In this document: positions 1-11,571 of the stretch, in pieces
How the letters are laid out: each line of letters begins with the position of its first letter
Position numbering within the stretch: position 1 is the stretch's first letter
Origin: Podarcis bocagei
Lineage: Eukaryota
Direction: 5' to 3' (one strand)
Assembly: GCA_964188305.1 (NCBI GenBank)
Contig: OZ076897.1
DNA: 64,000 nt
The notes under the pieces: model-generated
The model's input: only the letters and a program-made list of their open reading frames with translations
Told to the model about the DNA's origin: nothing
The model's database searches: none
Position numbers and translations under genes: made by a program

Positions 1-39
1 TCTTTTAGGAGTGGCACAATATGCGCCTGGCCAGTGGAT

Positions 40-1160
40 GCCACTTTCTGCAGATCAACTAACAGTGTTCAAGGTCAGCCAAACACAGAGCACATTACAA
101 CAATCCAATACAGAGGTCTACAAAACCATGCACTACTGTTTCTAGGTATTCTCCATCAAGGATGAGACATGGTTGGCAAACCTAGGTACTCTTCACTACC
201 TAGGCTTCAAATTATCACACTGAATCTAGCAGTATCCCCTCTCCCACTTTCAGGGCAAGTGCAAACCAACCCAGAGCTGGCAGATCTTTCATTTTCTAAA
301 CCCAAGAACCAGGAACACACAACACCTCTATCTTGTCTGGGTTCAATTTCAATGTGCTGGCACACATTCAGCCCAATGCCACCTTCAGGCAACTGCTTCT
401 CCTGATTCAGAGGCAAGAGACAGACAGACAGAGCTGGGTGTCATCAGCATACTAATGACACTTCATTCAAAATCCCCTGATGACAGCTTGCAACAACTTC
501 GTTTAGATGTTGAACATCATCAGAGAACAGACTAAACCTACAGGACACCGCAGGTTATATCTCATGGTGCTGAATCGTAGTTCCCCAATGCTACTTTCTG
601 GGAATAACCTCTGGGAATAACCTATTGCAAAACAGTGCCTCTCAATCTCAATCCATGAAGCCCCACTAGAATGAAAGATACTATGATCAACGGTATCAAG
701 AGTCACCAAACTGAAAAATGTGTAAGGCTGTACTCCCAAGCATTCCTCTCCCAAACAAAAGCAATCAATTACAGTGGTACCTCAGGTTAAGTACTTAATT
801 TGTTCTGGAGGTCCATACTTAACCTGAAACTGTTCTTAACCTGAAGCACCACTTTAGCTAATGGAGCCTCCTGCTGCTGCTGCGCCGCTGGAGCACGATT
901 TTTGTTCTCATCCTGAAGCAAAGTTCTTAACCTGAAGCACTATTTCTGGGTTAGCGGAGTCTGTAACCTGAGGCGTATGTAACCTGAAGGGTATGTAACC
1001 CGAGGTACCACTGTACTACAACCTCAGTAGCCTTAAACCAGATTAAGGTGGATCTAAATAATCCACTTCATTAAAGCCATGCTTGTAGTTGGGTCACTAC
1101 CACTTTCTCAAGCACCTTGTCCCTTCCCCTTGCCAAAAGAGGATATTGGTGACTGGAAGA
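40..1160 (-). mobile_element. Degenerate L2 LINE reverse-transcriptase fragment, interrupted by a MITE
   Basis: Minus-strand remnants LVTLDTVDHSIF (cf. DLSAAFDTVDH) and KVLEKVVVTQLQ...YLDP (cf. KVLERVVA.QL...LDP.QSGF), with many stops. Confidence 0.65.
772..1013 (+). mobile_element. Tigger/pogo-like MITE, family A (242 bp)
   Basis: Terminal inverted repeats (TIRs) CAGTGGTACCTC(A/G)GGTTA...TAACCCGAGGTACCACTG with a TA duplication on both sides. Near-identical copies occur elsewhere in the window. Confidence 0.9.
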
Positions 1161-1523
1161 TTTGTTAGGAACTTCAGTGTCCAGGGAAGTCCTCATTGAG
1201 CACAGATGGCACTTCCCTCTCCCACAATGAGTATTTGCCACACACTGCACCCTCCAATTCAACCCCCCTGGACCCAGTCAGGTTTAATAAGCCATTGAGG
1301 CAAGAGTTGAAAAGACAAGTGGTAGGCCACCCTGTAAGTTTACATTCAGACTTTCTTATATCAGTGGAAGATCTCATTAATTTCAAGATTAAAGAAAAGA
1401 AAAAGAATTTTTTGTTCATATAAATGCAAAGAAAGCAGTCAAAGTAATACCTTCATCCAGAAATGAATCTAGGCCCCATTGTGCAAAAGGTGGTTTAGGT
1501 AATCAGTGTCTGCCAAGCAATTA

Positions 1524-1736
1524 CAGTGGTACCTCAGGTTACAGGAGCTTCAGGTTACAGACTCCGAGTACCTCGGGTTAAGAACTTTGCTTCAGGATGA
1601 GAACAGAAATTGTTCAGCGGCGGCACAACGGCAGCAGGAGGCCCCATTAGCTAAAGTGGTGCTTCAGGTTAAGAACACTTTCAGGTTAAGAACGGACCTC
1701 CAGAACAAATTAAGTTCTTAACCCGAGGTACCACTG
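1524..1736 (-). mobile_element. Tigger/pogo-like MITE, family A (inverted, internally deleted)
   Basis: Same TIRs and TA TSD; the interior is the reverse complement of 772-1013. Confidence 0.88.
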
Positions 1737-1751
1737 TAGTTCTGTTAAGAG

Positions 1752-2381
1752 CAGTGGTTCTCAAAGGGTGTTGTGTGTCACACTGGTGTGGCAGGAGAGG
1801 ATGGCAAGTGTGATGGGAAGATTCAAGGAAAATCAAAGAAACATTTAAATATTTCCGTGTAATATATAAGATCAAAGTATTTTTTTATTTGCAGAGCATG
1901 GGGCATCTTTTCAAAATGAGAGCAAGAGCATCAAGTGATACTGAGGACAATCCTAACTGTGATCCAAAATCACCAATTGAACAGAGTTCTGCGAACAGTA
2001 TTGGCTATTCTTCTACACTTCTCCACAACATATTGTTATGAACAGAGATTTTCAGCTCTCATAAATGTGAAAGATCAGAAAAGAGAAAGGTTTATTTGTG
2101 TTGATGAGGAGATGAGAGTTTGTCTGAAATTAGACCTAACATAAATGAGATTACCTGGTTTATAATTATATTTTGGGAATGATTCATTTTCTTATGTAGC
2201 TGCATTGTTTCATACTTTCTGAGTGTCCCATGTTCATATTATAAAGTAGCTGTGTTCTACTGTATAAATCAAGCACTGCTAGGAGTTGCTTCTTTTTGTT
2301 ATCAATTTAAAAAATGGAGCAGTGTGAGCAATTTTTTATTCTGAAAGTGTGGCCCAGAGAAAAAAAGGTTAAGAAACACTG
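1752..2381 (+). mobile_element. hAT-Charlie-type DNA transposon deletion derivative with a transposase C-terminal remnant
   Basis: TIRs CAGTGGTTCTCAA / TTAAGAAACACTG and an 8-bp TSD GTTAAGAG/GTTTAGAG. The internal ORF 1935-2144 (LLHFSTTYCYEQRFSAL...KRERF...EMRVCL) resembles the hAT dimerisation domain. Confidence 0.85.
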
Positions 2382-3119
2382 GTTTAGAGTGAAAAGTCTC
2401 TAGGCATGCTAACAATGAACAGTGGGGGTTGGAATATAAAACAATTTTCCAATCCAAGGAAGATTATGTAACACAAGAATGTTAGAAGTTTTGCAGTAAA
2501 TGTTTCAGTTGTGGGCTTACTTGCTAAAGCTTAGTAAGTGTTAAGGTGGCATTCAGAACCATCAGTTAGAATTGCAGCATCGTTTTTGTGGAAATGAGTA
2601 ATGTACATGATATATCTGACAGCAGCATTCAGGGAGTACTCTGACAAATCTTAAGTTTCCAGACAAAGTAATGATATTAAACTGAAATCACAATTCATAT
2701 TTTAAATCCAAATAAAATTATGCCAAAATAATATTTGAGCTTCCAAATAAAATCTAATAGTGTAATACCAAGACACTTAATTGGAATTCAATATTTCCTC
2801 AGTTCAGTTTGGCACTATCTCCTCTCTGATACTACTTCAAGACCCTTTAACTGTCATTGCTTCAGTTGCTCTCAAGCAAGTTGAAAAAACTCTGAGGGAC
2901 TCTAGGATGGTTTCAGATAAAGTAACTATACATTCTTATGATGGGAACAAAAAACAAAACCGATTAAAATGTTTAAAAAAAGTTTCTAACCTACAGATGG
3001 GTTACCCCAAACAAAATTAAATTCACCTAGCAAAGAAGAGGGAACATAGTACTAAAAGACTTTTTTTTCTTACTGAACCATGCTACCACAGCAGAATTGA
3101 AAGAATCACTAACATGACT

Positions 3120-3494
3120 GAGCCTCCCCTTCGAATTCCTGGATCCAGCACAAATTCAATTGCTGGAATAGCCAGACCAGCTAAGGGAACAGTTCTGCAG
3201 TTGAGTGTTAGAAAGACAAAAGGCCAGAGTGGAGAGTTCAGTGATGTGAGTTAGAAGCGATGCAGCAAGTGGGAGAAAGACTCAAGAGATGTTTGATTTC
3301 TCTATGAATCCAAAGTTGTGGCTATGGGAGAAACAAGGCCATTGGCGTCTCAGGTTGTATATATGTGTAAATAAACCATATATCCTAAAGACATCACAGT
3401 CTCTGCTGTTACTTATTCAGAGGAAAACAAGCCCTGGGTAAGTGTCTGGAACCCCTCAAATCTTGTACCACACAGATTGGGGTGGAGTGCAACA
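3120..3494 (+). mobile_element. Probable solo LTR (Gypsy-like), boundaries approximate
   Basis: Purine-rich U3-like tract, AATAAA at ~3370 and a ...GCAACA end. The left end is unclear. Confidence 0.35.
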
Positions 3495-4149
3495 ATATGT
3501 AAAAAGGTGTTAGAGAAGCAAACCAATCTGAATAATATCATATCATTTAGTCCTTACTCCCCACTTGTTCAAATACTCTGTTTCCAGAGTTGGTATTAAG
3601 TCCACACTTGTGACATGAGACTATTTCAAGGAACAGTCTTACAAATCAGATTAGCTTCTCCTGCTTTCCTAGCTAAAGAAACACGCCCATAATTCGTCCT
3701 CAGACCCACATAAATGTCTTTCAGCATTGACTTCTGGTGGCCCACTCTTCATCCTGTGAAAAGCCTGTGGTTACTGGACTACAACTCCCATCAATCACAG
3801 CTGGCTGCTGGCCACACTGCCTGGGACTGATGGGAGCTGGGAGTCCAGCGAACATCTGACGGCTCACCTCCCTGATGAAGGCAGTTGGCAACTCCCCGAG
3901 CAGCTCCAGCATCAAGCGTCCCTTTCATAAGAGCATCGTACCGCTTGTCACTCCCACCACCCCCAAATAACTACTCCCCCGTCTGCCAGTTCCCCGATAC
4001 CCCAGAACCAACCCTGCGCGCCTCTGACCAATCTCTCTAGCTATTTCCTGTCACTGTATCAATAGATAGAGGATCATCCCACCACCGCCACTTTAGAACC
4101 CACGATCCGCTTTTGCTTCCTACAGGCCTTACTAAATAACACACACCGC

Positions 4150-5600
4150 GCGAAAAACATTGAGGGGGCGGGGTTAAACCCTATGGAAAACAGCAGGACT
4201 TCCTTCCGAGCAAACGACGGGGCTGACAGGGGCGCCTGCGCCACCCGCCCCTCGAGATCAGAAGCCCCCTCCCCACTCGCACGCTCCCCCCAACCGCCTC
4301 CCCGCCCCGCAACTGGGCCCCGCCGTTTGTATCCCGAGCCGGCCGCGCCCCCTCGGCCTTCGCGGTCGGAGAATTCCCCCCCCGTACCTGCTCCTCCGTC
4401 CCCTCCTCCTCCCAAGGCAGCTGCCATGGCGTCGGGCCCCTGCGAGGACCCCCGCGCCCCACCTGCTTCTCTCGGCCCCGCCGCGCTGTGAGGGAGGGAG
4501 GTGGGTGGGTGGTTGAGCGCCCGCCGCCGAGGTGCTCGAAGCAAGCTAGCACAACATGGCGGCCGGCGGCTGAGGGAAAGACGACGGGAGCGGGTGGTGG
4601 CGGGGGGAGCGAACGACGCCACTGACGCCGCGCTGCACTCTGGGATACTGGAGGACCAGCTCCCTCCTTGAGGCAGCGCGCCGCTCGTTGGTTAACCCGC
4701 CGCAAACAGGCCTGGAAAAAACAACAACCCACTTCTCGCGAGCCTGCGCAGTTTCGGAAGTAGGGCGGAAAAGGCCGCTGGTGGGCGTTGGGCAGTGACG
4801 CAAAGGGCTTGCGGTGCGTGCGCAAGGAAATGGCGATCCCGCCCCCGCCGGTTTCGCTGACAAAAAAAGCTGTACAGCAATACGCATGCGCGCAAAGGAA
4901 AGCTGGCGGTTTGAAATCTCGACGGAGCGGCGGCGTGGCGCATGCGCAGAATTTATTAATTGAGTTGGCGCTGTAGGTGGGCTTTTTCCAGGGCAGCTGG
5001 GAAATAATCCGAATTAATCTTTCTTGCCGCTACCGGGTTCCCTAGGGCCGAAACAAGGAATATATGCTTGGCATATGAAACCCATCATTCTTCCCATTCC
5101 GTCTTTCGCCCCAGCAGATCCGTGTCCTGATACTATTAGTAACAGCGCCGGTGATGAGGTTGAGGATCTCGCTGACACGCATAAACACCCCCTAAGGGTA
5201 CTGGTCGTGGGAATGCGGTCGGCTGCGAGTTGACGCCCTCTGTCCCGCCGAATTGAGCCTTCGCCATTGGCCTCGGCAGTAACGCGGGAGTCGCCTTCCC
5301 GCATCCCGCTCCAACTTACCCATTTTCGCCTCCCATTCCTGTTTTAGGAGGGGGCTCTGGTTCGTTTCGGCGGAATTTAGGCTTCAAGCCTCTGACCCGC
5401 TGGCTGACCTCGGGGGAAAGTGGCCGCCGACTCGTTCTCATTGGCAGGAACCCAAACCCCCGACGGCAGCGCCGGGTGGCTTGAATTCTGCCCTCCTTCA
5501 CCTGAACTTCTGAACCTGCCTGGCTCGGAGTCCGATCCCGGTCAGCCCAACTGTAACTCGCTGGCCGTGGATCTCGTAGGGCTCCCCAACTCTGCTATCC
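4150..5600. promoter_or_regulatory. CpG island / RBM33 promoter (possibly bidirectional)
   Basis: Very high GC and CpG density compared with the flanks. It contains a YY1-like AACATGGCGGC (4553-4563), a BANP/ZBTB33-like TCTCGCGAG (~4734-4742), NRF1-like GCATGCGC palindromes (~4884-4891 and ~4938-4948) and GC boxes. Confidence 0.85.
4388..4427 (-). CDS. RBM33: RNA-binding motif protein 33, first coding exon (the gene continues leftward out of the window)
   Basis: Minus strand reads gacgccATG GCA GCT GCC TTG GGA GGA GGA GGG GAC GGA GGA GCA G|gtacgg = MAAALGGGGDGGA(G), with a good Kozak context and a phase-1 GT donor at 4387-4386. It resembles the mammalian RBM33 N-terminus (MAAALGASGGAGAG-D), sits in a CpG island and is head-to-head with CNPY1, as expected from vertebrate synteny. 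Confidence 0.82.
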
Positions 5601-6283
5601 TCCAAAGTCCCTTTTTAAAAAACTGGGACTTTGTGTAGGCAGGCAGCTGCCGTTCTTTCCCTGGGGAAAAGGAGTCTTCGTCATCTTGCGATGTCCTACC
5701 TGTTTGTTTGTTTGTTTGTTCCTTTCCCGACTGCTTTTTAAATAAGTGTTCCAAGGAACGTGGACTCCTTCCTTCAACTATGTTAATGACTCCTATCAAG
5801 ACCTTTTTTATACCAGCCACTTAGTCTTCTCAGTGTGTAAAGTCAGCGGATAGAGTAAGCACCATTAGGTGTACCATGCTAGGTTATTATTGGTGTTTAA
5901 TGGTTCTTGGGTTTTCTATTTCTTTAAATACCTATTAAAATGGTAGTAATAATAATAATGTAATATAATAATAATGATGATGAGATGAATAATATTATCC
6001 CAGAAAAGTAATGATGATGATGAAGTCAAGGCTATCAATGGCTACTAGCTGGGATGGCTATGCTCTGTCCCCAAGTTCTGAATACAAGGTGCTGGAAACT
6101 GCAGGAGGGTCTGTGGGCTTCTGGTTGGCTGCTGTGAGAACACATAGGCCAGGCCTCATCCTGCTTTTCTTAGGTTGACCCCTGTTTTTAGTCATTGTGC
6201 TGGAATGGCTGGCTGGAATGGAATGGAATTAAATTGACATGAACTGCATTGTTCGTTGTTGTGTATTATTTCACAATTGTATA

Positions 6284-6593
6284 CAGTGGTGCCCCACAAG
6301 ACAAATGCCTCGCAAGACGGAAAACTCGCTATACGAAAGAGTTTTCTGTTTTGGAGGTGTTTCACAAAACGAATCTCCTATGGGCTTGCTTCGCAAGATG
6401 AAAATGTCTTGCGAGTTCCTGCGGGGGTTTTTTCCTCCCCCCCCCCTTTTTCTAAGCCGCTAAGTCGCTTATCAGCTGCTCCGATAAGACGATAAGCCGC
6501 TAATCCGTCAATGGGCTTGCTTCGCAAGACGAAAAAACCGCTAGACGAAGAGAATCACAGAACGGATTCTTTTTGTCTTGCAAGGCACCACTG
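6284..6593 (+). mobile_element. Tigger/pogo-like MITE, family B
   Basis: TIRs CAGTGGTGCCCC.CAAGAC / GTCTTGCAAGGCACCACTG with a TA TSD; second copy at 39132-39485. Confidence 0.88.
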
Positions 6594-6694
6594 TATAGAG
6601 TTTTTAAAAATCAGGCACTGTATGGCGCCTTTACTTATTTTATTTTATTTTATTACATTTGTATACTGCCCCTATACCCGCAGGCCTCAAAGCA

Positions 6695-6912
6695 TTTTGG
6701 GAAATGATATATAATGATATATATAAATGTTTAAAATAACATTTTTGGGGGGAAACCAGAGGCTTTTTTTGTTAGGTATTTTAGGTACAGAGATTTCGAA
6801 AGAGCAGAAAAGACTATGTATGAAATGACAGGAGCAAGAATACTACTGGCCCAGAGATGGAAAGAAGACAAAGTTCCAACCAGAGAAGAATGGCTGATGA
6901 AGCTGATGGACT
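6695..6912 (+). mobile_element. L1 ORF2 C-terminal fragment
   Basis: Degenerate KPEAF..GI....ARILLAQRWKEDKVPTREEWLMKLM, similar to the L1 copy at 25198-26041. Confidence 0.6.
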
Positions 6913-7204
6913 GAGAGCTTTCCATCAGTTCTTCAATATCACCTGCTGAACTGTTATGTAGATCTCTTGACTCATATCTGCTGAAACCCCTACCTAAAAA
7001 TGGAATTCAGGCATGGAAATGTATTGTTCTGAAGCCCCTGCTAGCTTAAACCAGAGGTATAATACATGTGAAGTAACAGATGAAGTCACCTTATGTGGAG
7101 TCAGCAAGCAGACCACTGCTCCATCCAAGGCCCTACTACCTGAGATGCTTTTAACATTTATTATTTATCATTTATTTATTGTGTTTATATCTCACCTCCA
7201 AGGT

Positions 7205-7337
7205 GGCATACATCTCCTCAGTTAATCCCCACAACCACCCTGTGAGGTGTGTGAGGCTGAGAGACAGTGACTGGCCCAAGGTCATCTGGTGAGCTTTATG
7301 GCTGAACCTTGGTCTCCCAGGTCCTAGTCCAACACTC
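7205..7337 (-). mobile_element. MIR-like/Squam2-type SINE fragment
   Basis: Core sequence cacaaccaccctgtgagg...ggctgagagacagtgactggcccaaggtca; a related copy lies at ~53500-53680. Confidence 0.6.
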
Positions 7338-9419
7338 TTTGATGGTGGGGACTGAAACAGAGATCTGAAACATTCGACTTCCAAAGTGCGGCTTCTGATT
7401 GACTGCAGGAATCAGAAGCTGCGGAAGCCCCGTCAGACGTTCAGCTTCCAAAAGATTGTTCAAAAACCAGAACACTCACTTCCGGTTTTCAATCGTTCAG
7501 GAGCCGGAATGTTTGACACCCAAGGCGTTCGGGAGCTGAGTTACAACTGTACTTTTTACACCCCACTACCTGTTTTTAAAGTGGTTTTAGGTGTAGGTTT
7601 GGAATCAAGAGTAGGCATTGTTGGGACCTTATGGGAGCCACTGCCAATCGCTGGTGGGGAAGCTTTTTCAGCCAAAGGCTGCACTCCCTTCTGGGCAACC
7701 TTTTGAGAGCCACAAGGCAGTGGTGGGTAGGGCCAGAGGCACAAGTGGATAGAGCAATGGAAGGAGATGTTGCCTTTCTACAGTAGACTGATTTCTGCAC
7801 ACACATCCATCGGTGTCCTCCATCTAGGCAAGCAAAGGACATCTGCGTTCAAGGACACTTTCCAGCCAGAGAGAAACATTCAGGCTGCGAAGCAGGACCA
7901 GTGAGGGTTGTGGTCTAGGAAGAGCTCTGGGGGCCAGACAGACAGGCTAGGAGAGCTCCGATCAGACCCTGAGCCTGAGGTTCCCCACAGAGCCTCTTGG
8001 CCCTGCTGCTGTCACTGCCTGTACATCAACCCTCTCCATGTGTGCGAGTGAGACCAAGAGTGAGGAGAAGGAGCAGCCTCCTCTGTTTCCCTTGTGCTTT
8101 CTTCTTGAGTGGTTGTGTGGATTGGGTCCAGAGGGCAAATGAGGACCGCTCAGGTCGCTGCCCCAAAGCCTGGAGTCAGATTGTGACCTGTTCCTAGAAG
8201 TAGCTGCTGAGTATGAGAGCAGATATGAGAGAGACCTAGCCTCATTGGGCCTGTGCTAAATTCAAGGCATAAGGTTCTCTGCTTATCTCGCCAAACCATC
8301 AGATTCATTTATCAGCCGCTCTCCACATTAAGCTTCACACCTTGTTTTTAATTAATTTGTTCCTTTCCGCCAACAATTGAGGTAACCCATCCCCTTACAT
8401 CTCATGCTACAGTGCAAGAGAGCCCAATAGAGATGCCTCCTCCAATATAGACACAATTTTTTGAAGAGCTATCTTGAATAACCAATTATTGACTTCATTG
8501 TACATTGTACTAGGATTTAATTAAGCGATAAGGCCCATCATAGTAGGGTCCTTTATCTTCCCGATAAGGATTTGTCAGGCTTACCCCAGGAGGTCTTTAT
8601 CTGAAAGATAAGGTGAAGGTACATAGGTGTCTCCTTGTTAGTTTAAATCCTTTAATTAAAAGGACCTTTTTGCAAAAGTTATAGGTTATTGTCTTTGCCT
8701 CTACTCCTGAGAAATGCAAAATAAGATGACACATTGAACTGGACAAACATTGTCCGTGAAAACTTCCAAAGGAGTTCTGTACAGCTCCCAGGCTTGGCCC
8801 AATAGGTTATATCAATTCCTTACCTAATTAATTAATTATCTAATGACCTAATTCTCAATCATTCTCAAGGACCAATGTTCAAAAGCTCTCACTCTCGCTC
8901 TCTCTCTATATGTTTATCAACTTGATGGTTGGATAATGAAGATTGTGAAGAATATTAGTGACCTTCATTGGTCAAAACTGGTGGAATCGAAAGCTGACTC
9001 AGCAAGTAAACCCCTAAAATGCATTGACTTCCCAGCAGTGCCCTATGTGGCAAGATCTTTTAAGTATCAAAGGTAGAATTCTACTGGTTTCAACAGAATG
9101 ATTTACCAGTTCCTCCCAGTGTTGCATCAGGTAGAATATCTTTCATCCTCTGTGATGGAGTCCTCTAATGGAATGGACCAGAAAGCTGGTGAATCCTATC
9201 CCTGACCTAAGACCATATCCCCCCCACATAATTGCCACATAGGTTATCCCATATCTCACATGTTTTAGAATTTCAAAAGCTGTGGAAGTAAACAAGATGC
9301 CCACAATCCTACTAGTTGTAAGTGACTCAAGTGAGTTAAGCCACATTCTATATGAGAAATTAAACCCCCTCAAACCATCCAAGCAAACACACAAGGTGGC
9401 TTTTTTCCCTGCACTGGGA

Positions 9420-9830
9420 TAACTAGTTTCTTGAGATGTTGGCTTTGGCCACAGAGTAACACATGCCTTAGTTACATCCCAGTTGGACTACCGATACTGT
9501 AATGTGCTCTATGTGGGGCTGCCTTTGAAAAGTGTTCAGAGGCTTTGGCTAGACTGGGGCTGTTTACAGAGAACATATTACTCCCCTGGTTAAAACAACT
9601 TCACTGAAAAATAACAATTTCACTGGCTACCAGTCCATTTCCGGGCAACATTCAAAGTGCTGCTTATGCCCTGTAAAGCTCTATATGGCTTGGGTCCAAG
9701 CTACCAGAAAGATAATATCTTTATATACAAACCTGCTCAGTTGGCTGCTAAGATCCTCAGGTAAGTAAGCATCTCTTGGACCCATCAACATCAGAAGCAC
9801 AGTTGGTGGTCACACGAGAGGGAGCTTTTT
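9420..9830 (+). mobile_element. Old L2 LINE 3' ORF fragment
   Basis: Remnants HALVTSQLDY..CN.LYVGLPLK and EHITP...LHWLPVHFR..FKVL. Confidence 0.7.
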
Positions 9831-10876
9831 CTTCTTTTTAATGGGCCACAGGTTCTCCATCCCTGATGTAAAACCAAATGCAATGTCATAGCTTAGTTGG
9901 ATATTGAGAGATCAGAAGTATAAACATACAATTATAGGCTTCACATTCAAATCCAAGCTCCACCTCTGCATTCATTTTCAAGATGGCTTTGCTAGTAATG
10001 ATCTGTAAGTTGCCAGATGTATAGGCTGCTTGTGAAATGAATATTTTAAAACAGATTTGTAGCCTGTGATTTACATGCTCCTTTGAAGCTTTCACTGATA
10101 AGGAATGCAATCATCTGGCATCAGTTTATTGATTTAGAGAGACAAAAGAACAAAGAAGAGAAAGAAGAATTTACCCTGATGAATCTGTATTTTTCAACCT
10201 CAAACAGGAAAACATATTGCAATTCCTGCTAGAATAGCTTTGAGACAGCAAACGCATCCGCTGCTATAATAGCACCATTTGATTGTTACCTGTGGGAGTA
10301 AACACAAGCATTTATTTGTATCTGTTAAGTTAGAAAAGATGAATTCATTATGCTGTTAAGCTCATACAGAACGTCAGATCCTTCTGTCTAGAAATAAGTT
10401 CAGTCAAATAATGAGGAAATAAAATTAGGAAAATTAGGTATTTCTGGAAGCCAAGCACAATCCATCAGGAAATTGTCTGGTGCAAGTTCTGATGAAATGA
10501 ATGGAGGTTCACAACAGCAATACAATGATTCTGTCCTGTACCTATTCATATCTGTAATAGGGCTGTGCGCTTGAGTTGGCTGAATTCCAAACTCGTTTAT
10601 GCTGATTCAACTGAAGTGATTCACGATACAGAGCCAGGTTGGGTCAGCCCTGGATTGCCTTGGGTTAGGGTTGACCCAGAGTGGTGGATCAGGCCCCAGA
10701 CTGGATTGGGAGTGGGGCTTAGGTAGGATAACTTCCTGTACAAAACTTCCTGCATAAAACCCCCTTCCCTAAAATGGTCCATCATATACCAAAGCATTTC
10801 TAGCAGGCAATCTTTATGTGAAATGCCCAAGCAAGAAAATTCCATGGTCCCCGTAAGTAGATTACTGCTAAAAGTA

Positions 10877-11263
10877 GGGGACACGGGTGGCGCTGTGGTC
10901 TAAACTACTGAGCCTCTTGGGCTTGCCAATCAGAAGGTCGGTGGTTTGAATCCTTGTGATGGTAGTAAACTCCCATTGCTCTGTCCCAGCTTCTGCCAAC
11001 CTAGCAGTTTGAAACCACACTGGTGCAAGTAGATAAACAGGTACCGCTGTGGCAGGAAGGTAAACAATGTTTCCATGCGCTCTGGCTTCTGTCACAGTGT
11101 TCCGTTGTGCCAGAAGCGGTTTAGTCATGCTGGCCACATGACCCAGAAAGCTGTCTGCGGACAAACGCCAGCTCCCTCGGCCTGAAGCAAGATGAGCGTC
11201 GCAACACCATTGTCACCTTTGACTGGACTTAACCGTCCAGGGGTCCTTTACCTATTTTCCATT
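10877..11263 (+). mobile_element. Sauria SINE (Squam1)
   Basis: tRNA-like head GGGACACGGGTGGCGCTGTGG, the characteristic body, a TTTACC-like tail, and a 14-bp TSD TTACTGCTAAAAGT (10862-10875 / 11264-11277). Confidence 0.9.
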
Positions 11264-11509
11264 TTACTGCTAAAAGTGTTCTCACTTGGATGTTTTTTCT
11301 CTGCTGTCAGAGGCAGCATTCCTCTGAATCCCAGTGGCTAGAAACTGCATGTGGGGAAGAGCTAGGGTTGCCACATTTGGTCGGGCAAAATAAAGCACAG
11401 ATCGGGGGTGGGGGGGATTGGGGCCTCCACACTCTCTCATGACACCATGGAAAGATGGCGTCCTGCATTTTGGCTTCAAAGCGCTGGAGGATATGTCTGA
11501 GTAAACATA

Positions 11510-11571
11510 TATATGATGGTACTGTAAAGGGTACTGTAAATATATGATGGTACTGTAAAGGGTACTGTAAA
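11510..11571. repeat. 31-bp tandem duplication with an internal 11-bp subrepeat
   Basis: (TATATGATGGTACTGTAAAGGGTACTGTAAA)x2. Confidence 0.9.

Noticed and set aside
772-1013. CRISPR-like short direct repeats (GTAACCTGAAG)
   Set aside because: These are subterminal repeats of a eukaryotic MITE, with no unique spacers and no cas genes.
4074-5638. Many long overlapping ORFs (up to 214 aa) on both strands
   Set aside because: These are expected from stop-codon scarcity in a GC-rich CpG island. Only the 40-nt RBM33 exon has homology and splice support.
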